Assembly (NCBI GenBank): GCA_964442655.1 | Contig: CAYTZM010000005.1 | Coordinates: 42,374-74,373 of the forward strand | Source of the DNA: an uncultured Rhodospirillaceae bacterium | Lineage (GTDB): Bacteria; Pseudomonadota; Alphaproteobacteria; TMED109 | Reading direction: 5' to 3' | DNA: 32,000 nucleotides | Part shown: in pieces, positions 19,642-31,949 of the stretch | Position numbering within the stretch: the stretch's first letter is position 1 | Layout of the letters: the number at the start of each line of letters is the position of its first letter | Position numbers and translations under genes: made by a program | The notes under the pieces: model-generated | What the model saw: only the letters and a program-made list of their open reading frames with translations | The model's database searches: none | What the model was told of the DNA's origin: nothing

Positions 19642-21717
19642 TTAAGCCATTTTTTTCTTTACTTCTTCAGCAATCATTTCTGGACATTGTTCATATTTCT
19701 CAAAAAACATAGAATAATTTGCTCTTCCTTGTGTCAAAGAACGCAGATTATTTACATATCCAAACATAGTAGCTAAAGGAACCATAGCCTTAACTAATTT
19801 AGCAACACCTTGAGGTTCCATTTCTTGTACTTGCCCTCTTCTACTATTTAAATCTCCTATAACATCTCCAACTGACTCTTCCGGAGTAATTACCTCAACT
19901 CTCATAATAGGCTCTAATAATTTAGGTCCTGCTTTTCCTAAAGCTTCTCTAAAAGCTGCTCTTCCAGCTAATTCAAATGCCATAACACTAGAATCTACAT
20001 CATGGAAGGCCCCATCATATAATACTACATGAACATCTGTAACTGGAAAACCTGCAACTACTCCAAATGTCATAGCAGCTTCTATTCCTTTTTCTACTCC
20101 TGGTATATACTCTTTAGGTATATTTCCCCCCACAACTGTGTTTTCAAATTGTAAACCACATCCTGGTTCGCCAGGTTTAACAGTCATTTTAACCCTTGCA
20201 AATTGTCCAGCACCTCCGCTTTGTTTTTTATGAGTATAATCAACATCTGCTTCTCTAGTAATAGTTTCTCTATAGGCCACCTGAGGAGCTCCAACATTAG
20301 CTTCAACTTTAAATTCTCTTTTCATTCTATCAACTAAAATATCTAAATGTAACTCACCCATTCCTTTTATAATAGTCTGACCACTATCATGGTCTGATGT
20401 TACTCTAAAAGAAGGATCTTCTGCAGCTAAACGACCTAAAGCCACTCCCATTTTTTCTTGGTCTGCTTTCGTTTTAGGTTCTACTGCAACTTCTATAACA
20501 GGGTCAGGAAACTCCATCCTTTCCAAAATAATAGGTTTTGAAGATTCACATAATGTATCACCAGTAGTAACATTTTTTAAACCAGCAACAGCAATTATAT
20601 CTCCTGAACGTGCTTCTTTAACATCTTCTCTGTGATTTGCATGCATGAGAAGCATTCGACCTACTCTTTCTTTATTATCTTTAACAGTGTTCAAAACCGA
20701 TGTTCCTGCTTCAACAACTCCAGAATATACTCTACAAAATGTTAAGGTACCAACAAATGGATCATTCATTATTTTAAATGCTAATGCAGAAAAAGGGTCT
20801 TCATCATTTAGTTTTCTACTCATTTCTGAGTTATTAGCAGGATTTATTCCTTTTACTGGAGGGATATCAGACGGAGATGGCAAATAATCTATAACTGCAT
20901 CCAACATGGGTTGAACGCCTTTATTTTTAAAGGCAGAACCACATAATACAGGAACAAAAGAACTAGCTAATGTCCCTTTCCTTATACACAATTTTAAAAC
21001 ATCAATACTAGGTTCATTTCCATCTAAATAAGATTCCATAGCTGCATCATCTTGCTCCACTGCTGTTTCTATTAACTGTTCTCTCCACTTTTTAGCATCT
21101 TCTAATAAATTTTCATTAATCTCTTCAGAAATAAACTCCGCACCTAAACTTTCATCTTTCCAGCGAAGTTGTTTCATTTCTAATAAATCAATTACACCTA
21201 AAAAATCAGACTCTACTCCTAATGGTAATTGTGTAACTAAAGGAGTTGCTCCTAATCTACTCTTAATCATATCAACACATCTAAAAAAATCAGCTCCTGT
21301 TCTATCCATTTTATTTACAAAACACATTCTAGGAACATTATATTTATCTGCTTGTCTCCAAACAGTTTCAGATTGAGGTTCAACACCAGCAACTGAATCA
21401 AAAACACATACTGCCCCGTCTAAAACTCTTAAAGACCTCTCCACTTCGATTGTAAAATCTACATGTCCTGGAGTATCAATTATATTTATTCTATAATCTT
21501 TCCAAAAAGCTGTTGTTGCAGCAGAGGTAATTGTTATTCCTCGTTCTTGCTCTTGCTCCATCCAATCCATAGTAGCAGCACCATCATGTACTTCACCAAT
21601 TTTATGAGATTTACCAGTGTAATATAACACTCTTTCAGTAGTAGTAGTTTTTCCAGCATCAATATGAGCCATAATACCTATATTTCTATATTTTTCTATT
21701 GATGTAGATCTAGTCAT
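19642..21717 (-). CDS. fusA: Translation elongation factor G
   Basis: The motifs [19 protein letters not shown] and DTPGHVDF identify it. I set the start at [15 protein letters not shown]... (ATG 21717), with AAGGAA 8 nt upstream and 16 nt after the rpsG stop. The ORF-track start at 21753 would overlap rpsG. Confidence 0.95.
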   Translation of the reverse strand: MTRSTSIEKYRNIGIMAHIDAGKTTTTERVLYYTGKSHKIGEVHDGAATMDWMEQEQERGITITSAATTAFWKDYRINIIDTPGHVDFTIEVERSLRVLDGAVCVFDSVAGVEPQSETVWRQADKYNVPRMCFVNKMDRTGADFFRCVDMIKSRLGATPLVTQLPLGVESDFLGVIDLLEMKQLRWKDESLGAEFISEEINENLLEDAKKWREQLIETAVEQDDAAMESYLDGNEPSIDVLKLCIRKGTLASSFVPVLCGSAFKNKGVQPMLDAVIDYLPSPSDIPPVKGINPANNSEMSRKLNDEDPFSALAFKIMNDPFVGTLTFCRVYSGVVEAGTSVLNTVKDNKERVGRMLLMHANHREDVKEARSGDIIAVAGLKNVTTGDTLCESSKPIILERMEFPDPVIEVAVEPKTKADQEKMGVALGRLAAEDPSFRVTSDHDSGQTIIKGMGELHLDILVDRMKREFKVEANVGAPQVAYRETITREADVDYTHKKQSGGAGQFARVKMTVKPGEPGCGLQFENTVVGGNIPKEYIPGVEKGIEAAMTFGVVAGFPVTDVHVVLYDGAFHDVDSSVMAFELAGRAAFREALGKAGPKLLEPIMRVEVITPEESVGDVIGDLNSRRGQVQEMEPQGVAKLVKAMVPLATMFGYVNNLRSLTQGRANYSMFFEKYEQCPEMIAEEVKKKMA

Positions 21718-21733
21718 AAATAAATTCCTTAAT

Positions 21734-22204
21734 TTACCATCTATAATGTGCAAAAGCTCTATTTGCTTCCGCCATCTTTAAAGTATCTTCTCTCTTTTTT
21801 ACTGCTACACCCCTATTTTGAGATGCATCTAGAAATTCATTTGCAAGTCTTTCTAGCATAGTTGCTTCTGATCTTCCTCTAGCAGCACTTATAATCCATC
21901 TTATTGCTAATGCTTGTCTTCTTTCAGGTCTAACTTCCGTTGGAACTTGATAAGTGGCTCCTCCTACTCTTCTTGACCTTGTTTCTATCTGAGGTTTTAC
22001 ATTATCCAAAGCTTCTTTAAATACAGTAATAGCTTCTTTACCACTTTTTTCACCAACTTTGTCTAAAGCCCCATATAACAATCTTTCAGAAATAGCTTTT
22101 TTACCGTGTATCATTAAACTATTTGCAAATTTACTAACAACAATATCATTATATTTTGAATCTGGGATAAGTTCTCTTTTTTCTGCTTTACGACGTCTAG
22201 ACAT
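21734..22204 (-). CDS. rpsG: 30S ribosomal protein S7
   Basis: The N-terminus [18 protein letters not shown] and the C-terminus AHYRW identify it. It is 156 aa long. Confidence 0.96.
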   Translation of the reverse strand: MSRRRKAEKRELIPDSKYNDIVVSKFANSLMIHGKKAISERLLYGALDKVGEKSGKEAITVFKEALDNVKPQIETRSRRVGGATYQVPTEVRPERRQALAIRWIISAARGRSEATMLERLANEFLDASQNRGVAVKKREDTLKMAEANRAFAHYRW

Positions 22205-22213
22205 AACCCACCT

Positions 22214-22585
22214 CTATTTTGGTCTCTTAGAACCATATTTAGATCTGCGTTGACGTCTATCTGAAACACCTTGCGTATCCAAAGTTCCTCTAATAATATG
22301 ATATCTTACACCAGGTAAATCTTTAACTCTTCCGCCCCTGATCATTACAACAGAATGTTCTTGTAAGTTATGACCTTCACCAGGAATGTAGCTTGTTACT
22401 TCAAAACCATTGGTCAGTCTAATACGAGCTACCTTTCTTAAAGCTGAATTAGGTTTTTTAGGAGTAGTAGTATATACCCTTGTACATACACCTCTCTTTT
22501 GAGGGCAGGCCTCCAAAGCAGGTACTTTATTTCTCTTAACAGGTACCTTTCGCCCTGATCTTACAAGTTGATTTATAGTCGGCAT
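22214..22585 (-). CDS. rpsL: 30S ribosomal protein S12
   Basis: The motifs [25 protein letters not shown] and [14 protein letters not shown] identify it. Confidence 0.97.
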   Translation of the reverse strand: MPTINQLVRSGRKVPVKRNKVPALEACPQKRGVCTRVYTTTPKKPNSALRKVARIRLTNGFEVTSYIPGEGHNLQEHSVVMIRGGRVKDLPGVRYHIIRGTLDTQGVSDRRQRRSKYGSKRPK

Positions 22586-22653
22586 CTACTGTTTCCCAAT
22601 TAAAAATTTGTTGGTATTTATTAAATAAAAATTTAAATAAATACGAAGGGCGC

Positions 22654-22682
22654 ATACTATGTGCGAAGAGCCCTGTCGTCAA
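22654..22682 (-). promoter_or_regulatory. Candidate sigma70-type promoter for rpsL-rpsG-fusA and downstream genes: TTGACG-17 nt-TAGTAT followed by the discriminator GCGCCC
   Basis: On the minus strand, -35 is TTGACG (22682-22677), the spacer is 17 nt, and -10 is TAGTAT (22659-22654). The element lies in a GC-rich island of about 40 nt within an otherwise very AT-rich 175-nt spacer, about 70 nt upstream of the rpsL ATG. Confidence 0.55.
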
Positions 22683-22760
22683 GCAAATATATTAGATTTT
22701 TTGCCAAAAATATAGAATTATTTTAATTGATATTAATGTTTTATATTAATTAAAAATTAA

Positions 22761-25700
22761 CTATTCACTTTTTGCTTCTATTTCAATATCTTCTTCAGTG
22801 ATTTCTTTCTTATTTTGAGCAATAATTTCTTGATCACGAATATATGCAACAGACTTATAGGCAGCTAATGACTTACCTGTACCTGCTGGTATCAATCGTC
22901 CCACAATAACATTTTCTTTTAGCCCTGCTAATTTATCTACCCTTGCTCCCACAGCCGCTTCAGTAAGAACCCGAGTAGTTTCTTGAAATGAAGCCGCAGA
23001 AATAAAAGAAGAAGTAGATAAACTTGCTTTAGTAATACCTTGAAGAACTGGTTTTCCTTTAGCTTTAGATAATTTTTTAGATAAAGAATTATTTACTTCC
23101 TCAAACTCTCTTTTTTGTATTTGTTCCCCTATTAAAAATGTTGTGTCTCCAGGTTCAGTAATTTCAAGTTTTTGCATCATCTGTCTAGTAATTACTTCTA
23201 TATGTTTGTCATTGATCTTAACCCCTTGAAGTCTATAAACCTCTTGCACTTCATTAACTAAATAATCAGCTAATGCTTCAACTCCTAAAGCTGTTAATAT
23301 ATCATGAGGAACACGACTTCCATCAGTTAAAGTTTCTCCTTTTCTAACCTCATCACCTTCTTGAACTGTAATATGTCTTCCTTTAGGAATTAAATATTCT
23401 ATGATAATTTTTTTGTCATCTACAATTTCTAGACGTCTTTTTCCCTTATAATCCTTACCAAATTGAATTATTCCATCAGACTCAGCAATAAAAGCATGCT
23501 CTTTAGGCCTTCTTGCTTCAAATAATTCTGCTACCCTAGGTAAACCTCCAGTAATATCTCTAAGTCTATACTCTAAAGGTATTCTTGCTATTAAATCTCC
23601 TGCATTCACTTGAGCTCCATCATCAACACTTAAAATTGCATCTACTGGTAATTCATAAGAAGCATTTGCACCAGATTCCAACTTCAAAATTTTTCCTGAT
23701 TTATTATATATTTCTATTCTAGGAGAAAAATCTTTTTTAATATTAGATTTATTAAATTGCGAATTTGCTCTCCAATCTACAACTCTTTTCGAAGAAATAC
23801 CTGTCTCTTCATTCATTTCTTCATGAACAGAAACTCTATCTAATAAGTCAGCATATTTAATTATACCTGTTTTTTCTGAAATTATAGGTCTCGTATAAGG
23901 ATCCCATTCCGCAATTTTATCCCCTTTTACTATTTTATCACCATTTTTAAACAATAATCTCGAACCTTTAGGGATCCTATTACGAGACCTTTCACGTTTA
24001 TTAGAATCCAAAACAATAATTTCTGCGTCTCTACTCATAACTATATTAAAATTATTTGAATCCTTAATAATATTTCCTTTAACCAACTTTAAAACACCAT
24101 CTATTGCGCTTTCAATACTTGATTGCTCCGTCTGTTGAGCTGCCCCTCCTATGTGAAAAGTCCGCATAGTTAATTGAGTTCCTGGTTCACCAATAGATTG
24201 AGCTGCTATAACTCCAACTGCTTCTCCCATATTAACTATAGTTCCTCGAGCCAAATCTCTTCCATAACATCTTGCACATACACCACCATCTGTTTTACAA
24301 GTCAAGACAGATCTGACCTTAACTGAATCTATATCAGAAATCTCAATAAGATTGACATCAGACTCACTTATCAAATGTCCTTTCTTTAATATTATTTTAT
24401 CATCAACAGGGTTAATTACATTATCCGCTAAAACTCTACCAAGAATTTGCTCTCCTATTGACTCAACGATATCTGAACCTTCAATTATTGTCTTCTTCAC
24501 AATTCCTTCTACAGAACCACAATCTTCCTCAACAATAATAACATCTTGAGCAACATCTACTAACCTTCTAGTTAAATAACCTGAATTGGCTGTTTTAAGA
24601 GCAGTATCAGCTAAACCTTTTCTAGCACCATGAGTAGAATTAAAATATTCTAAAACTGATAAGCCTTCTTTAAAGTTAGAAATAATGGGAGTTTCAATTA
24701 TCTCTCCAGAAGGCTTAGCCATTAACCCTCTCATAGCTGCAAGCTGCTTCATTTGTGCTGTTGAACCTCTAGCTCCAGAATCTGACATCATAAAAACAGA
24801 GTTCATATCTCTTCCTGAACCCTTTTCCATATCACCCATCATAGCATCTGTAACTTGATCTGTGCATTGAGACCAAGCATCTACAACTTTATTATACTTT
24901 TCTTGTTGTGTTAATAGACCATCGCTATACTGTTTTTCATATTCTTTTACTAAACTTTCTGTATTATCCACAAAATTTCTTTTCGCTTTCGGTATAATCA
25001 TATCATCTTTGCCGAAAGAAATTCCAGCTTTACATGCTTCACTAAAACCTATTTTCATTAATCTATCTGAGAAAATAACAGTTTCCTTCTGTCCACAATA
25101 TCTATAAACCATATCAATAAGATTGCTCACTTCTTTTTTCTTAAGAACCTTATTTATCAGTCCAAAATTAATCTTATTGTTTTGAGGCAGAATCTCAGAA
25201 ATAATCATTCTTCCCGCAGTTGTTTCAACTATCTCTGTATAATTATTTTCTTCTTCATCTATTCTATCAATACGTGCTTTAATTTTAGCGTGCAGAGTTA
25301 ATTTTCCAGAATTTAAAGCATGTTTTATTTCTGAAACATTTCCAAATATTAAACCCTCTCCTATTTCTCCTTCATTCATTAACGACATATAATACAAACC
25401 TAAAACTATATCTTGAGTAGGAACAATAATAGGTTTGCCATTTGCAGGGCTCAAAATATTGTTTGTAGACATCATAAGAACTCTTGCTTCTAATTGAGCT
25501 TCCAAAGATAATGGAACATGCACCGCCATCTGATCACCATCAAAATCAGCATTAAAAGCTGTACAAACTAAAGGATGTAATTGAATAGCTTTACCTTCTA
25601 CTAATACTGGCTCAAATGCTTGAATACCTAGTCTATGTAAAGTAGGAGCTCTATTTAACAATACAGGATGTTCTCTTATTACTTGCTCTAAAATATCCCA

Positions 25701-26924
25701 TACTTCTGGTTGTTCTTTTTCAACCATTTTTTTGGCTGCTTTTATTGAGGTTGCTAATGCATATAATTCTAATTTTGCATAAATAAATGGCTTAAATAAT
25801 TCTAATGCCATCTTCTTAGGAATTCCACACTCATGTAATTTTAACTCTGGTCCAACTACTATCACAGATCTTCCAGAATAATCACACCTTTTACCAAGTA
25901 AATTTTGCCTAAAACGTCCTTGCTTTCCTTTCAACATATCAGCAAGAGATTTTAATGGTCTTTTATTAGTTCCAGTAATTGGTCTAGATCTTCTTGAGTT
26001 GTCAAATAATGCGTCAACAGACTCCTGGAGCATCCGTTTTTCATTCCTAATTATTATGTCAGGAGCCCTTAAATCTAATAAACGCTTCAATCTATTGTTA
26101 CGATTTATAACCCTTCTGTATAAATCATTAAGATCACTCGTAGCAAATCGACCTCCATCAAGAGGCACTAAAGGTCTTAATTCAGGAGGTAAAATTGGAA
26201 TTACATCCAAAATCATCCACTCAGGTAAATTTCCTGAACTTATAAAGGCCTCTACTAATTTAAGCCTCTTTACATATTTTTTTCTTTTGATTTCTGATTT
26301 AGTAGTCTTTAATTCTTCTCTCATACTATCTCTTTCTTCTGCTAAATTAATTGAAGAAAGCATCTCTTTAATTGCTTCAGCTCCTATTGAAGCCATAAAT
26401 TCAGAACCATATTCATCATATGCATCTTGGTATTCAGATTCTGATAATAATTGATTAATTTTTAAATTTGTGGTTCCAGGCTCCATAACAACAAAATTTT
26501 CAAAATATAATATTTTTTCCACATCTTTCATCGGTAAATCTAAAAGCAAACTTATTCTTGAAGGTAATGATTTTAAAAACCATATATGAGCTACCGGAGC
26601 AGCTAAAGTAATATGCCCCATTCTATCTCTTCTTACTTTAGACTGAATAACCTCAACACCACATTTTTCACATACTACTCCTCTATGCTTCATTCTCTTA
26701 TATTTACCACATAAACATTCATAATCTTTTACAGGGCCAAAAATTTTTGCACAAAAAAGTCCATCTCTTTCTGGCTTAAAAGTTCTATAATTTATTGTTT
26801 CAGGTTTTTTAACTTCTCCAAAAGACCAAGATCTAATAACATCAGGACTAGCAATAGAAATTTTAATTTCATCAAAATTACTATTTATTGTAACAGGATC
26901 AAAAACTTTAAGCATTTTTGTCAT
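22761..26924 (-). CDS. rpoC: DNA-directed RNA polymerase beta' subunit
   Basis: The motifs [14 protein letters not shown] and the zinc motif [23 protein letters not shown] identify it. A proteobacterial-type trigger-loop insertion is present. I set the start at ATG 26924 ([11 protein letters not shown]...), which matches alphaproteobacterial N-terminal spacing. The ORF-track start is a GTG four codons upstream. Confidence 0.95.
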   Translation of the reverse strand: MTKMLKVFDPVTINSNFDEIKISIASPDVIRSWSFGEVKKPETINYRTFKPERDGLFCAKIFGPVKDYECLCGKYKRMKHRGVVCEKCGVEVIQSKVRRDRMGHITLAAPVAHIWFLKSLPSRISLLLDLPMKDVEKILYFENFVVMEPGTTNLKINQLLSESEYQDAYDEYGSEFMASIGAEAIKEMLSSINLAEERDSMREELKTTKSEIKRKKYVKRLKLVEAFISSGNLPEWMILDVIPILPPELRPLVPLDGGRFATSDLNDLYRRVINRNNRLKRLLDLRAPDIIIRNEKRMLQESVDALFDNSRRSRPITGTNKRPLKSLADMLKGKQGRFRQNLLGKRCDYSGRSVIVVGPELKLHECGIPKKMALELFKPFIYAKLELYALATSIKAAKKMVEKEQPEVWDILEQVIREHPVLLNRAPTLHRLGIQAFEPVLVEGKAIQLHPLVCTAFNADFDGDQMAVHVPLSLEAQLEARVLMMSTNNILSPANGKPIIVPTQDIVLGLYYMSLMNEGEIGEGLIFGNVSEIKHALNSGKLTLHAKIKARIDRIDEEENNYTEIVETTAGRMIISEILPQNNKINFGLINKVLKKKEVSNLIDMVYRYCGQKETVIFSDRLMKIGFSEACKAGISFGKDDMIIPKAKRNFVDNTESLVKEYEKQYSDGLLTQQEKYNKVVDAWSQCTDQVTDAMMGDMEKGSGRDMNSVFMMSDSGARGSTAQMKQLAAMRGLMAKPSGEIIETPIISNFKEGLSVLEYFNSTHGARKGLADTALKTANSGYLTRRLVDVAQDVIIVEEDCGSVEGIVKKTIIEGSDIVESIGEQILGRVLADNVINPVDDKIILKKGHLISESDVNLIEISDIDSVKVRSVLTCKTDGGVCARCYGRDLARGTIVNMGEAVGVIAAQSIGEPGTQLTMRTFHIGGAAQQTEQSSIESAIDGVLKLVKGNIIKDSNNFNIVMSRDAEIIVLDSNKRERSRNRIPKGSRLLFKNGDKIVKGDKIAEWDPYTRPIISEKTGIIKYADLLDRVSVHEEMNEETGISSKRVVDWRANSQFNKSNIKKDFSPRIEIYNKSGKILKLESGANASYELPVDAILSVDDGAQVNAGDLIARIPLEYRLRDITGGLPRVAELFEARRPKEHAFIAESDGIIQFGKDYKGKRRLEIVDDKKIIIEYLIPKGRHITVQEGDEVRKGETLTDGSRVPHDILTALGVEALADYLVNEVQEVYRLQGVKINDKHIEVITRQMMQKLEITEPGDTTFLIGEQIQKREFEEVNNSLSKKLSKAKGKPVLQGITKASLSTSSFISAASFQETTRVLTEAAVGARVDKLAGLKENVIVGRLIPAGTGKSLAAYKSVAYIRDQEIIAQNKKEITEEDIEIEAKSE

Positions 26925-26945
26925 TTTATTTCTCACTTTTAATAA

Positions 26946-29900
26946 TTATGTTTGTTCTCTATTATTAAGCCCTACGTTTAAACATAACGCCTGTAACTCT
27001 TTAGTTAAAACATTAAAAGATTCAGGAACCCCTGACTCAAAACTATCCTCACCTCTAATAATTGCTTCATATACTTTTGTTCTTCCAGATACATCATCTG
27101 ATTTAACTGTAAGCATTTCTTGCAAAGTATAAGAAGCTCCATAAGCCTGAAGAGCCCAAACTTCCATTTCACCAAATCTCTGTCCTCCAAACTGAGCTTT
27201 CCCTCCTAAAGGCTGTTGGGTAACAAGACTATATGGACCAATAGATCTGGCATGAATTTTGTCATCAACTAAATGGTGTAATTTCAACATATAAACATAA
27301 CCAACTGTTATTTGACGTGTAAACGGTTCCCCAGTTCTACCATCTATGAGTTTTACTTGACCAGATACATCTTTATTAGAATCTTCTAAATGCTTTTTAA
27401 TATCATTCTCATTTGCCCCGTCAAAAACTGGTGTAGCCATTGGAACGCCGTTCTTCAAATTATTTGCTAACTCTATAACCTCATCATTTTTTAAAATTTT
27501 TTCAGCTTTATTCCATAATTTATTGCCATATATTGCTTTTAATTTAGATTTTAACTTAGAAATCCTTTCTTCCTTTTGATATTTATTAACAATTTCAGAA
27601 ATCTGTTTTCCTAAACCTGCTGAAGCCCAACCTAAATGAGTCTCTAATATTTGCCCTACATTCATTCTTGATGGTACACCTAAAGGGTTTAAAACTATAT
27701 CAACGGGGGTACCATCTTCTAAATAGGGCATATCTTCAACTAATGATATTTTTGAAATGACACCTTTATTACCATGCCTTCCTGCCATTTTATCTCCTGG
27801 CTGAAGTTTTCTTTTTACTGCAACAAAGACTTTAACCATTTTTAAAACACCAGGAAGTAATTCATCTCCATCTTGAATTTTTTCTACTTTTTCTTCAAAC
27901 TTAACTTGTAACCTCTTAATTTCTTTATCAAACTCATTTTTTAATACCTCAATTTCACTCATAATTTTTTTATCAGAAACTACAAATTGCCAAGATTGTC
28001 CTAAAGTATAAGTATTAATTATTTCTTCTGTTATTTTAATATTTTTGTTTACTCCCTTAGGACCATCAATAGCTTTTTTATTTAGAAGAAGTCCTCTTAA
28101 ACGATCAAAAACATTATTCTCAATTATTCTTAATTCATCATCTCTATCTTCAGCAAACCTAGCTATCCCTTCCCTTTCAATTTCAAGAGCTCTTTCATCT
28201 TTATCAACACCTCTACGAGAAAAAACTCTAACTTCAACAACTGTTCCAGATACACCCGGCGGCACTCTAAGTGAAGAATCTCTTACATCAGCTGCTTTTT
28301 CTCCAAATATAGCTCTTAAAAGCTTTTCTTCCGGAGTAGTAGGTGTTTCTCCTTTTGGAGTAACTTTCCCTACTAAAATATCATTAGAACCTACTTCTGC
28401 CCCTATATAAACAATACCTGCTTCATCTAAATTTTTAAGAGCTTCTTCTCCTACATTAGGAATATCTCTACTAATTTCTTCAGGACCTAATTTAGTATCT
28501 CTAGCCATAATATCAAACTCTTCAATATGAATAGAAGTAAATACATCTTCATGAACAACTTTTTGAGAAATTAAAATTGAATCTTCATAATTATATCCAT
28601 TATAAGGCATAAATGCTACAAGCACATTTCTTCCTAATGCAAGCTCTCCTAAATCTGTAGAAGGGCCATCAGCAATAATATCTCCAGCATTTACAATATC
28701 TCCTACTTTAACTAATGGTCTTTGATTAATAGCAGTATTTTGATTAGATCTTTGAAACTTCAATAAGTTATAAATATCTACCCCAATTGTTCTTTCAGGA
28801 TTATCCGGATCTATCACACTAATGACAATTCTACTTGCATCAACTTGATCAATATAACCAGATCTTTTAGCAGCTATAGCAGAGCCGGAATCTGCAGCAA
28901 CTTTTGCTTCCATTCCCGTACCTATTAAAGGAGCTTGAGCACTTATAAGCGGTACAGCTTGTCTTTGCATATTAGAACCCATTAAAGCTCTATTAGCATC
29001 ATCATTTTCTAAAAACGGAATCAAAGCTGCAGCAACTGAAACTAATTGCTTTGGTGACACATCTATATAATCTATATACTTTGGATTAACTAAAACAAAA
29101 TCACCATCTTTTCTACAACTTACTAAATCACTAGCAAACTTTCCATTTGCTTCTAATGAAGCATTTGCTTGAGCAATAACGTATTTAGCCTCTTCCATAG
29201 CCGACAAATATTTTACCTCTGAAGTAACTTTTTCATTTTTAACAACTCTATATGGGCTTTCTATAAAACCGTATTTATTAATTTTAGCATGAGTTGCTAG
29301 ACTATTTATTAAACCAATATTAGGCCCTTCTGGAGTTTCAATAGGGCATATTCTTCCATAATGAGTAGGGTGTACATCCCTCACTTCAAAACCTGCTCTT
29401 TCTCTCGTAAGTCCACCTGGTCCTAGCGCTGAAACTCTTCTCTTATGCGTAATCTCACTTAATGGATTAGTTTGATCCATAAATTGACTTAATTGAGAAG
29501 ATCCAAAAAATTCCCTAATTGAGGCTTGAGCAGGTTTAGAATTTATAAGGTCTTGTGGCATTACAGTGTCAATTTCCGTAGAAGACATTTTTTCTCTTAT
29601 AGACCTTTCCATTCTAGATAAACCAACTCTATATTGGTTTTCTAATAATTCCCCTACTGACCTAACCCTTCTATTTCCAAGATGATCAATATCATCCACT
29701 TCTCCAATTCCATCTCGCAAACCAACTAAAACTTTAAGCACTCCAATTATATCAGGAATTCTAATTTCAGTTATAGAATCATCTGAAATATTATCTAATC
29801 GTGTATTAAGTTTCACTCTTCCAACTGCTGATAGATCATATCTCTCTGATCTAATTTGAATTATATTATCATTTTTAATCCAAAAGGTTGATGGCAAACC

Positions 29901-31268
29901 ATCTCTCACTTCAGATGATAGAATTACTTTGCTCCACCCATTTACTTCATCAATAATCCAAGTTCCTGCACTCTCCATTATTTCTTTAGACATTACCTTT
30001 AATATTTTAGATTTATAAGAATTGTCAGATCTACACTCTACTTTTTCATTTTTAAAATTAGCTTTTGTAAAAAATAAATCATAAAATAATCTTTCAGAAG
30101 TTTCTTCAGTGGGAGGTTCTCCAGGTCTCATAATTCTATATATATCAGCTAAAGCTTGAACTCTCGAATTAGTTTTATCTGCCTCAAGCAAAGTATTTCT
30201 AATATGAGGTCCGATTTTATTATTAATTATTAATAACTCAATCTCTGAAATTTTTTGATCTTCCAATATTTTTAAAACTTCTTCATCAATAATTTGCCCT
30301 GCTTCAATATATATTTGCCCAGTTTCATAATTTACTATATCTACCGCTGAATATTGATTTATAATTTCTTCAGTAGGCATAACAATTTTATCTATTTTAT
30401 CTTCTTTTGCCTTTCTTAATAACCTAGGAGTTATTCTTTGATCTTTATAAAAAATTACTTTTCCTCTTATTGTTTTTATATCAAAATCCAATTTAATATT
30501 CTCAATGCGCAAATCATCTAAAGATACAAGCCACCCATTTTTTATCTTCTCATAATTTACAGTTTCATAAAAACTAGAAAGTATAGTTTCTTCATCCATA
30601 TTTAAAGCTTTTAATACCAAAGAAGCTGGAAGCTTTCTTCTTCTATCTATTCTTATATAAAGGTTATCTTTTGCATCAAATTCAAAATCTATCCACGAAC
30701 CTCTGTAAGGAATAATTCTAGCATTATAAAGAATTTTTCCTGATGCATGACCTTTACCCTTATCATGATCAAAAAATACACCCGGCGACCGATGCATTTG
30801 ACTAACAACAACTCTCTCAGTTCCATTAACTACAAAAGTACCTTTATCCGTCATTAATGGCATATCACCCATATAAACATCTTGTTCCAAAATACTTCTT
30901 ACAGACTTAACATTAGTTTCTTCTTCAATATCATATATAATCAATTTAAATTTAACCTTTAAAGGTGCAGCATATGTTAAGCCTCTTTGTCTACATTCTT
31001 CTACATCATATTTAGATCTACCTAGTACATATGAAACAAATTGCAACTCACATGTATCATTAAAATCATTTATAGGAAAAACAGAATCAAAAACTTTGTA
31101 CAAACCTATTTCAGACAAAATATTATCTTCAGTATGCGAAGTTAAAAATTGTTCATATGAAGCTTTTTGGACTGCAATTAAGTTTGGCATTTCTGCTACT
31201 TCATTTATACTTCCAAAAGATTTTCTTATTCTTTTTCGGCCAGTAAGAGATAATTGAGATGTATTCAT
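26946..31268 (-). CDS. rpoB: DNA-directed RNA polymerase beta subunit (1440 aa, with an extra lineage-specific insertion)
   Basis: The motifs [51 protein letters not shown] and [13 protein letters not shown] identify it. It is about 70-100 aa longer than the typical proteobacterial beta subunit. Confidence 0.96.
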   Translation of the reverse strand: MNTSQLSLTGRKRIRKSFGSINEVAEMPNLIAVQKASYEQFLTSHTEDNILSEIGLYKVFDSVFPINDFNDTCELQFVSYVLGRSKYDVEECRQRGLTYAAPLKVKFKLIIYDIEEETNVKSVRSILEQDVYMGDMPLMTDKGTFVVNGTERVVVSQMHRSPGVFFDHDKGKGHASGKILYNARIIPYRGSWIDFEFDAKDNLYIRIDRRRKLPASLVLKALNMDEETILSSFYETVNYEKIKNGWLVSLDDLRIENIKLDFDIKTIRGKVIFYKDQRITPRLLRKAKEDKIDKIVMPTEEIINQYSAVDIVNYETGQIYIEAGQIIDEEVLKILEDQKISEIELLIINNKIGPHIRNTLLEADKTNSRVQALADIYRIMRPGEPPTEETSERLFYDLFFTKANFKNEKVECRSDNSYKSKILKVMSKEIMESAGTWIIDEVNGWSKVILSSEVRDGLPSTFWIKNDNIIQIRSERYDLSAVGRVKLNTRLDNISDDSITEIRIPDIIGVLKVLVGLRDGIGEVDDIDHLGNRRVRSVGELLENQYRVGLSRMERSIREKMSSTEIDTVMPQDLINSKPAQASIREFFGSSQLSQFMDQTNPLSEITHKRRVSALGPGGLTRERAGFEVRDVHPTHYGRICPIETPEGPNIGLINSLATHAKINKYGFIESPYRVVKNEKVTSEVKYLSAMEEAKYVIAQANASLEANGKFASDLVSCRKDGDFVLVNPKYIDYIDVSPKQLVSVAAALIPFLENDDANRALMGSNMQRQAVPLISAQAPLIGTGMEAKVAADSGSAIAAKRSGYIDQVDASRIVISVIDPDNPERTIGVDIYNLLKFQRSNQNTAINQRPLVKVGDIVNAGDIIADGPSTDLGELALGRNVLVAFMPYNGYNYEDSILISQKVVHEDVFTSIHIEEFDIMARDTKLGPEEISRDIPNVGEEALKNLDEAGIVYIGAEVGSNDILVGKVTPKGETPTTPEEKLLRAIFGEKAADVRDSSLRVPPGVSGTVVEVRVFSRRGVDKDERALEIEREGIARFAEDRDDELRIIENNVFDRLRGLLLNKKAIDGPKGVNKNIKITEEIINTYTLGQSWQFVVSDKKIMSEIEVLKNEFDKEIKRLQVKFEEKVEKIQDGDELLPGVLKMVKVFVAVKRKLQPGDKMAGRHGNKGVISKISLVEDMPYLEDGTPVDIVLNPLGVPSRMNVGQILETHLGWASAGLGKQISEIVNKYQKEERISKLKSKLKAIYGNKLWNKAEKILKNDEVIELANNLKNGVPMATPVFDGANENDIKKHLEDSNKDVSGQVKLIDGRTGEPFTRQITVGYVYMLKLHHLVDDKIHARSIGPYSLVTQQPLGGKAQFGGQRFGEMEVWALQAYGASYTLQEMLTVKSDDVSGRTKVYEAIIRGEDSFESGVPESFNVLTKELQALCLNVGLNNREQT
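29844..30068 (-). other. In-frame ~75-aa insertion in RpoB (residues 401-475) between ...ERLFYDLFF and RYDLSAVGR
   Basis: E. coli beta reads [19 protein letters not shown] at this site. Here the three residues are replaced by [76 protein letters not shown] checked the coordinates by hand against the DNA (T401 = 30068-30066, Y477 = 29840-29838). Confidence 0.85.
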
Positions 31269-31461
31269 GTTTTTTGTGCCTCACAATAAAAATTAACAAT
31301 AATACTCGTTTAAATACAAGCACCATTATGATGTATTTTTGTTCTCTACTCTAAAGCAATAACTAACAATTAAATATATATATTCCATTATAGAAAGGTT
31401 TAACTTCTATCATTAAATGATCTCACATTACATTTAAAAATAAAACATTAATTAAAAAAAA

Positions 31462-31490
31462 ACTATATCCTAGAGAATGTAAAATCGCAA
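31462..31490 (-). promoter_or_regulatory. Weak candidate promoter in the rplL-rpoB spacer: TTGCGA-17 nt-TATAGT
   Basis: On the minus strand, -35 is TTGCGA (31490-31485), the spacer is 17 nt, and -10 is TATAGT (31467-31462), followed by a T9 run. In so AT-rich a spacer, -10-like hexamers are common, so support is limited. Confidence 0.25.
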
Positions 31491-31536
31491 GCTAATAAAT
31501 AAAATTTAAACTTAACTATAATTAAAATAAATCTAA

Positions 31537-31914
31537 TTATTTTAGCTCTACTTTTGCTCCAGCATCCTCTAGTTTTTTCTTTATTTCTTCTGCTTCTTCC
31601 TTAGAAGCTCCTTCTTTTAATGTTTTAGGAGCAGCTTCCACCATATCTTTAGCTTCCTTCAACCCTAAAGATGTTATGGCTCTTACTTCTTTAATTACAT
31701 TAATTTTAGAATCGCCTGCAGCCGCAAGTATAATGTCAAAACTATCCTTAGCTTCTGAAGTTTCTCCTCCTGCTGCAACACCAGGTGCTGCTGCAACTGC
31801 TACCGCTGCTGAGGCAGAAACACCCCATTTATCTTCTAACAACTTAGAAAGCTCTGCTGCCTCCATTACTGTTAGAGAAGATAAATCTTTTACTATTTTT
31901 TCTAAATCAGCCAT
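31537..31914 (-). CDS. rplL: 50S ribosomal protein L7/L12
   Basis: The sequence [34 protein letters not shown], an Ala-rich hinge and the C-terminal ...[11 protein letters not shown] identify it. I set the start at MADL... (ATG 31914), preceded by AAAGGAA. The ORF-track start lies 5 codons upstream. Confidence 0.95.
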   Translation of the reverse strand: MADLEKIVKDLSSLTVMEAAELSKLLEDKWGVSASAAVAVAAAPGVAAGGETSEAKDSFDIILAAAGDSKINVIKEVRAITSLGLKEAKDMVEAAPKTLKEGASKEEAEEIKKKLEDAGAKVELK

Positions 31915-31949
31915 CATATTTCCTTTCAAAATTTAACTGAATATTAAAA

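Noticed and set aside
22586-22655. A small minus-strand ORF starting at ATG 22655 (MRPSYLFKFLFNKYQQIF...) in the rpoC-rpsL spacer and running out of frame into rpsL.
   Set aside because: It has no SD. Its ATG overlaps the predicted -10 and discriminator, so it would lie upstream of the likely TSS. The peptide is low-complexity.
16292-26936. The longer N-terminal extensions given in the ORF track for rplO (10482), rplV (16351), rplD (18424), fusA (21753), rpoC (26936, GTG) and rplL (31929).
   Set aside because: The extensions overlap the upstream gene or destroy the SD. They add residues absent from the conserved N-termini of these families. Internal ATGs with proper SD spacing fit better.
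27005-27190. A 61-aa minus-strand ORF nested in rpoB in another frame.
   Set aside because: It lies entirely inside the conserved 3' part of rpoB and out of frame. It has no SD and no recognisable motif.
29844-30068. The RpoB insertion interpreted as an intein or an inserted mobile element.
   Set aside because: At about 75 aa it is too short for even a mini-intein. It lacks the N-terminal Cys/Ser and the C-terminal His-Asn plus nucleophile splice junction residues. It has no flanking direct or inverted repeats, and its base composition matches the host gene.
416-31936. All plus-strand ORFs in the track: 416-709, 1433-1681, 2571-2759, 3563-3763, 5631-5954, 9262-9579, 12825-13190, 13353-13760, 16164-16361, 17631-17858, 17868-18107, 18300-18638, 20645-20887, 22059-22253, 24352-24549, 25999-26454, 28045-28410 and 31676-31936.
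   Set aside because: Each lies antisense to a strongly conserved minus-strand gene. Each has a low-complexity F/L/I/S-rich composition, as expected from the reverse complement of K/E/N-rich AT-biased coding sequence. None has a convincing SD or a recognisable motif. They are shadow ORFs.
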